DNA of 64,000 nt from an uncultured Acidimicrobiaceae bacterium (GTDB taxonomy: Bacteria; Actinomycetota; Acidimicrobiia; Acidimicrobiales; RAAP-2). Below, in pieces: positions 61,845 to 64,000 of the stretch. The notes under the pieces were generated by a model. That model was not told the origin of the DNA and did not search any database. It saw only the letters and a list, made by a program, of their open reading frames with translations. Numbering within the stretch: the first letter of the stretch is position 1; the number at the start of each line of letters is the position of its first letter. A program made the translations under genes and the position numbers. The stretch spans positions 5,183 through 69,182 of the forward strand of contig CAVSII010000006.1 of NCBI GenBank assembly GCA_963727955.1, read 5' to 3'.

Positions 61845-62118
61845 ATGGCCTCCACAATCTCGGGAACGCATCTCCTCGAACCAGCCGTGATCGACGAGCC
61901 CTACGGCTTCTATGACGAATTACGGTCCCATGCGCCGGTGTGGGAAGTGCCCGGCACCGGGATCTTCACCGTGGCCACATTCCAACTACTCGCTGAGGCT
62001 GCTGGCCGAGTCGAGGACTTTTCGTCGAACTTGAACTGCCTTCTCTACCGTGACGACCAGGGCATGCCTTGTCGGCTCTCTTTCAACGATGCGGGAGTCC
62101 AGGCGTTGGCTACCGCGG
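61845..62118 (+). pseudogene. Cytochrome P450 gene, 5' part (interrupted by IS256-family element)
   Basis: ORF 61845..62153: MASTISGTHLLEPAVIDEPYGFYDELRSHAPVWEVPGTGIFTVATFQLLAEAAGRVEDFSSN...GVQALATA. The frame then runs into the IS. Confidence 0.85.
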
Positions 62119-63559
62119 GAGTTATAACCAGAAGTTGTGGATGCACGATCTGACGATGGACGCGACGTACCCTCCAAGTTGACCAAACAACGAGTCCGCC
62201 GGGTGAGACCAGCGGGGAGGGATACGCCAATGTTGAAGTTAGTCCAAGACGCGACCGCTGACGCGGTTGATGACCCCGAGGCGATGACCATCGACCTCGA
62301 TGAGATGTGCCGGGTAGCTGCCCAAGAGATGCTGGCCGTGGCACTGGCCGCCGAGCGCCGGGCCTACCTCGAGGCCCATGCTGAGCTGCTCGACGCCGCC
62401 GGTCACCGCCTGGTGGTGGGCAACGGCTCGGCCCGGGCCCGCGAGGTCACGACCGGGGCCGGGGTAGTCGAGGTCAGGGCTCCGCGGGTAGACGACCGCC
62501 GCGAGGGCGAACGGTTCTCCTCGGCCATCCTGCCGGCCTACATGCGCAAGTCGCCCAAGGTGACCGAGGTGCTGCCCATCTTGTACCTGCGCGGGCTCTC
62601 GACCGGCGACTTCGCACCCGCCCTCGGTGAGTTCTTCGGCTCTGACGCCGGGCTCTCCGCGTCCACGGTCAACCGCCTGACCGAAGCCTGGCAGGCCGAG
62701 CACGCCGACTGGAACGAGCGGGACCTCTCGGGCCTCGACTTCGTCTACTTCTGGGCCGACGGGGTGCATTTCAACATCCGGCTGGAAGAGGACCGACTGT
62801 GCTGCCTGGTGATCGTCGGTGTACGCCCCGACGGCACCAAGGAGCTGGTGGCGCTGGCTGATGGCTACCGCGAGTCCACCGACAGCTGGGCCGAGGTCCT
62901 GCGCAGCCTGCGTGACCGGGGCCTCGAGGCCCCGGTGCTCGCCGTCGGCGACGGAGCGCTCGGATTCTGGGGAGCACTGCGTGAGGTGTTCCCCCAGACC
63001 CGTGAGCAGCGTTGCTGGGTGCATCGCACAGCCAACGTGCTCGACGCCCTGCCCAAACGGCTCCACGCCGAGGCCAAGGACGCCGTGCGCAACATCTACG
63101 GGGCGCCGTCGCGCACCGAGGCACTCGACGCGGTGAAGGTCTTCACCGAGACCTACGCCGACTTCAAGAAGGCCACCGACAAGATCACCGGTGAGCTCGA
63201 CACGCTGCTCGCCTTCTTCGACTTCCCCGTCGAGCACTGGGTCCACCTGCGCACCACCAACCCGATCGAGTCCACCTTCTCGACGGTGAGACTCCGTACC
63301 AAGGTCACCCGGGGCGCCGGATCCCGCCAGGCCGGCCTGGCCATGGCCTACAAGCTGCTCGACTCCGCCCAGGACCGCTGGCGACGGATCGGCGGCGCAG
63401 AGCTCGTCCCGCTGGTCCGGGCGCGAGCAACCTTCATTGACGGCCAGCTACAAGAGAGGAGCGACAACAAGGCCGAATCGGCCACAGATACCGACACCAA
63501 GAAGGGGTCCGTCGCCGCCTGAGTGAGATTTCTCATCCACAACTCTTGACAATGACTCC
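62119..63559 (+). mobile_element. IS256-family insertion sequence (1,441 bp) flanked by a 9-bp target-site duplication CTACCGCGG
   Basis: Direct repeats lie at 62110-62118 and 63560-63568. The terminal inverted repeats are GAGTTATAACCAGAAGTTGTGGATG and the complement of CATCCACAACTCTTGACAATGACTC; they share GAGT...AGTTGTGGATG. Confidence 0.9.
62230..63522 (+). CDS. IS256-family (Mutator-type) transposase
   Basis: In-frame ATG 62230 in ORF 62137..63522: ...ERRAYLEAH...VEVRAPRVDDRR...LPILYLRGLSTGDF...YFWADGVHFNIRLEEDRLCCLVIVGVRPDG.KELVAL...AVGDGALGFWGALREVFPQTREQRCWVHRTANVLDALPK...TTNPIESTFSTVRLRTKVTRG. Confidence 0.9.
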   Translation: MLKLVQDATADAVDDPEAMTIDLDEMCRVAAQEMLAVALAAERRAYLEAHAELLDAAGHRLVVGNGSARAREVTTGAGVVEVRAPRVDDRREGERFSSAILPAYMRKSPKVTEVLPILYLRGLSTGDFAPALGEFFGSDAGLSASTVNRLTEAWQAEHADWNERDLSGLDFVYFWADGVHFNIRLEEDRLCCLVIVGVRPDGTKELVALADGYRESTDSWAEVLRSLRDRGLEAPVLAVGDGALGFWGALREVFPQTREQRCWVHRTANVLDALPKRLHAEAKDAVRNIYGAPSRTEALDAVKVFTETYADFKKATDKITGELDTLLAFFDFPVEHWVHLRTTNPIESTFSTVRLRTKVTRGAGSRQAGLAMAYKLLDSAQDRWRRIGGAELVPLVRARATFIDGQLQERSDNKAESATDTDTKKGSVAA

Positions 63560-64000
63560 TACCGCGGATCCCCCGGAGCATGCAGTGCACCGGGACACTG
63601 TGTTCTCTGAACTTGTGGCCAAGCGCATGGCGGCTCTGGAGCCGGACATTGTGGAGATTGCCGAGGACTGTGTGGCCCGGGCGCTTAACGAAGGGTATGT
63701 GGATTTCATGACAGCCATCGGCAACGTCGTGCCCATCACGATGATCAGTCGTCTCATCGGATTCCGCGACAGTGACCTCGATCAGTTGTTGAATGCAGCC
63801 TTTGACTCGACCGCCATGCTGGGATCAACACTGACCTACGAGGAGCTGGTCGCCCACATCGCTCGGACCGGGGAAATCGGGGAGTGGATCACCCTTCAGC
63901 TTTCAGCCGCAATGAGTGAGCCGATGAATGACCTCCTCGGGGCCGTTGCCCAAGGCATCAGCAGTCAGGCACTCTCCAAAGTTCAGGGCTACGGCATTCT
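63560..64000 (+). pseudogene. Cytochrome P450 gene, 3' continuation (runs off the window)
   Basis: Own translation from the duplicated CTACCGCGG: (A)TADPPEHAVHRDTVFSELVAKRMAALEPDIVEIAEDCVARALNEGYVDFMTAIGNVVPITMISRLIGF... Removing the IS plus one copy of the repeat restores ...GVQALATADPPEHAVHR, the canonical P450 DPPEH motif. Confidence 0.85.

Overview
This is a high-G+C actinobacterial chromosomal segment. Evidence: GC-rich third codon positions, frequent GTG/TTG starts, and many 1-4 nt start/stop overlaps (ATGA, GTGA, TGATG). I can support about 60 protein genes and two insertion sequences. I saw no rRNA, tRNA or CRISPR array.

Core genes:
- folP and holA (7.3-9.2 kb) and rpsT and lepA (45.9-48.1 kb).
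- A complete SOS mutasome cassette, imuA'-imuB-dnaE2 (10.3-15.5 kb), with a perfect LexA/Cheo box over its start codon.
- A tightly packed divergent gene cluster built around cyp51, its ferredoxin and cyp123 (32.5-44.4 kb). From memory it carries the same gene set as M. tuberculosis Rv0763c-Rv0771. It has a palindromic operator at the divergent promoter.
- A polysaccharide export/glycosylation locus (48.2-53.2 kb).

Two visibly lower-GC accessory stretches:
- 18.3-26.1 kb holds an HTH-HipA kinase and two large secreted repeat proteins.
- 53.2-64 kb holds small detox and membrane genes, an IS3-family element, and an IS256-family element freshly inserted in a P450 gene.

Most unusual observations:
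1. At least ten frameshifts and one in-frame stop break otherwise well-conserved genes. They are unevenly distributed along the window.
2. A family of in-frame, GTCGA(C)-core minisatellites sits at three loci: the imuB linker, the TetR 3' tail, and a small coupling ORF between the flippase and the glycosyltransferase.
3. The HTH-HipA single polypeptide hides a canonical GTGA hipB/hipA junction in the +1 frame.
4. Two operons (imuA' and the P450 operon) appear leaderless, with operator palindromes on or next to the -10 element.

All calls rest on reading the supplied translations and the DNA by eye. No database search was run.
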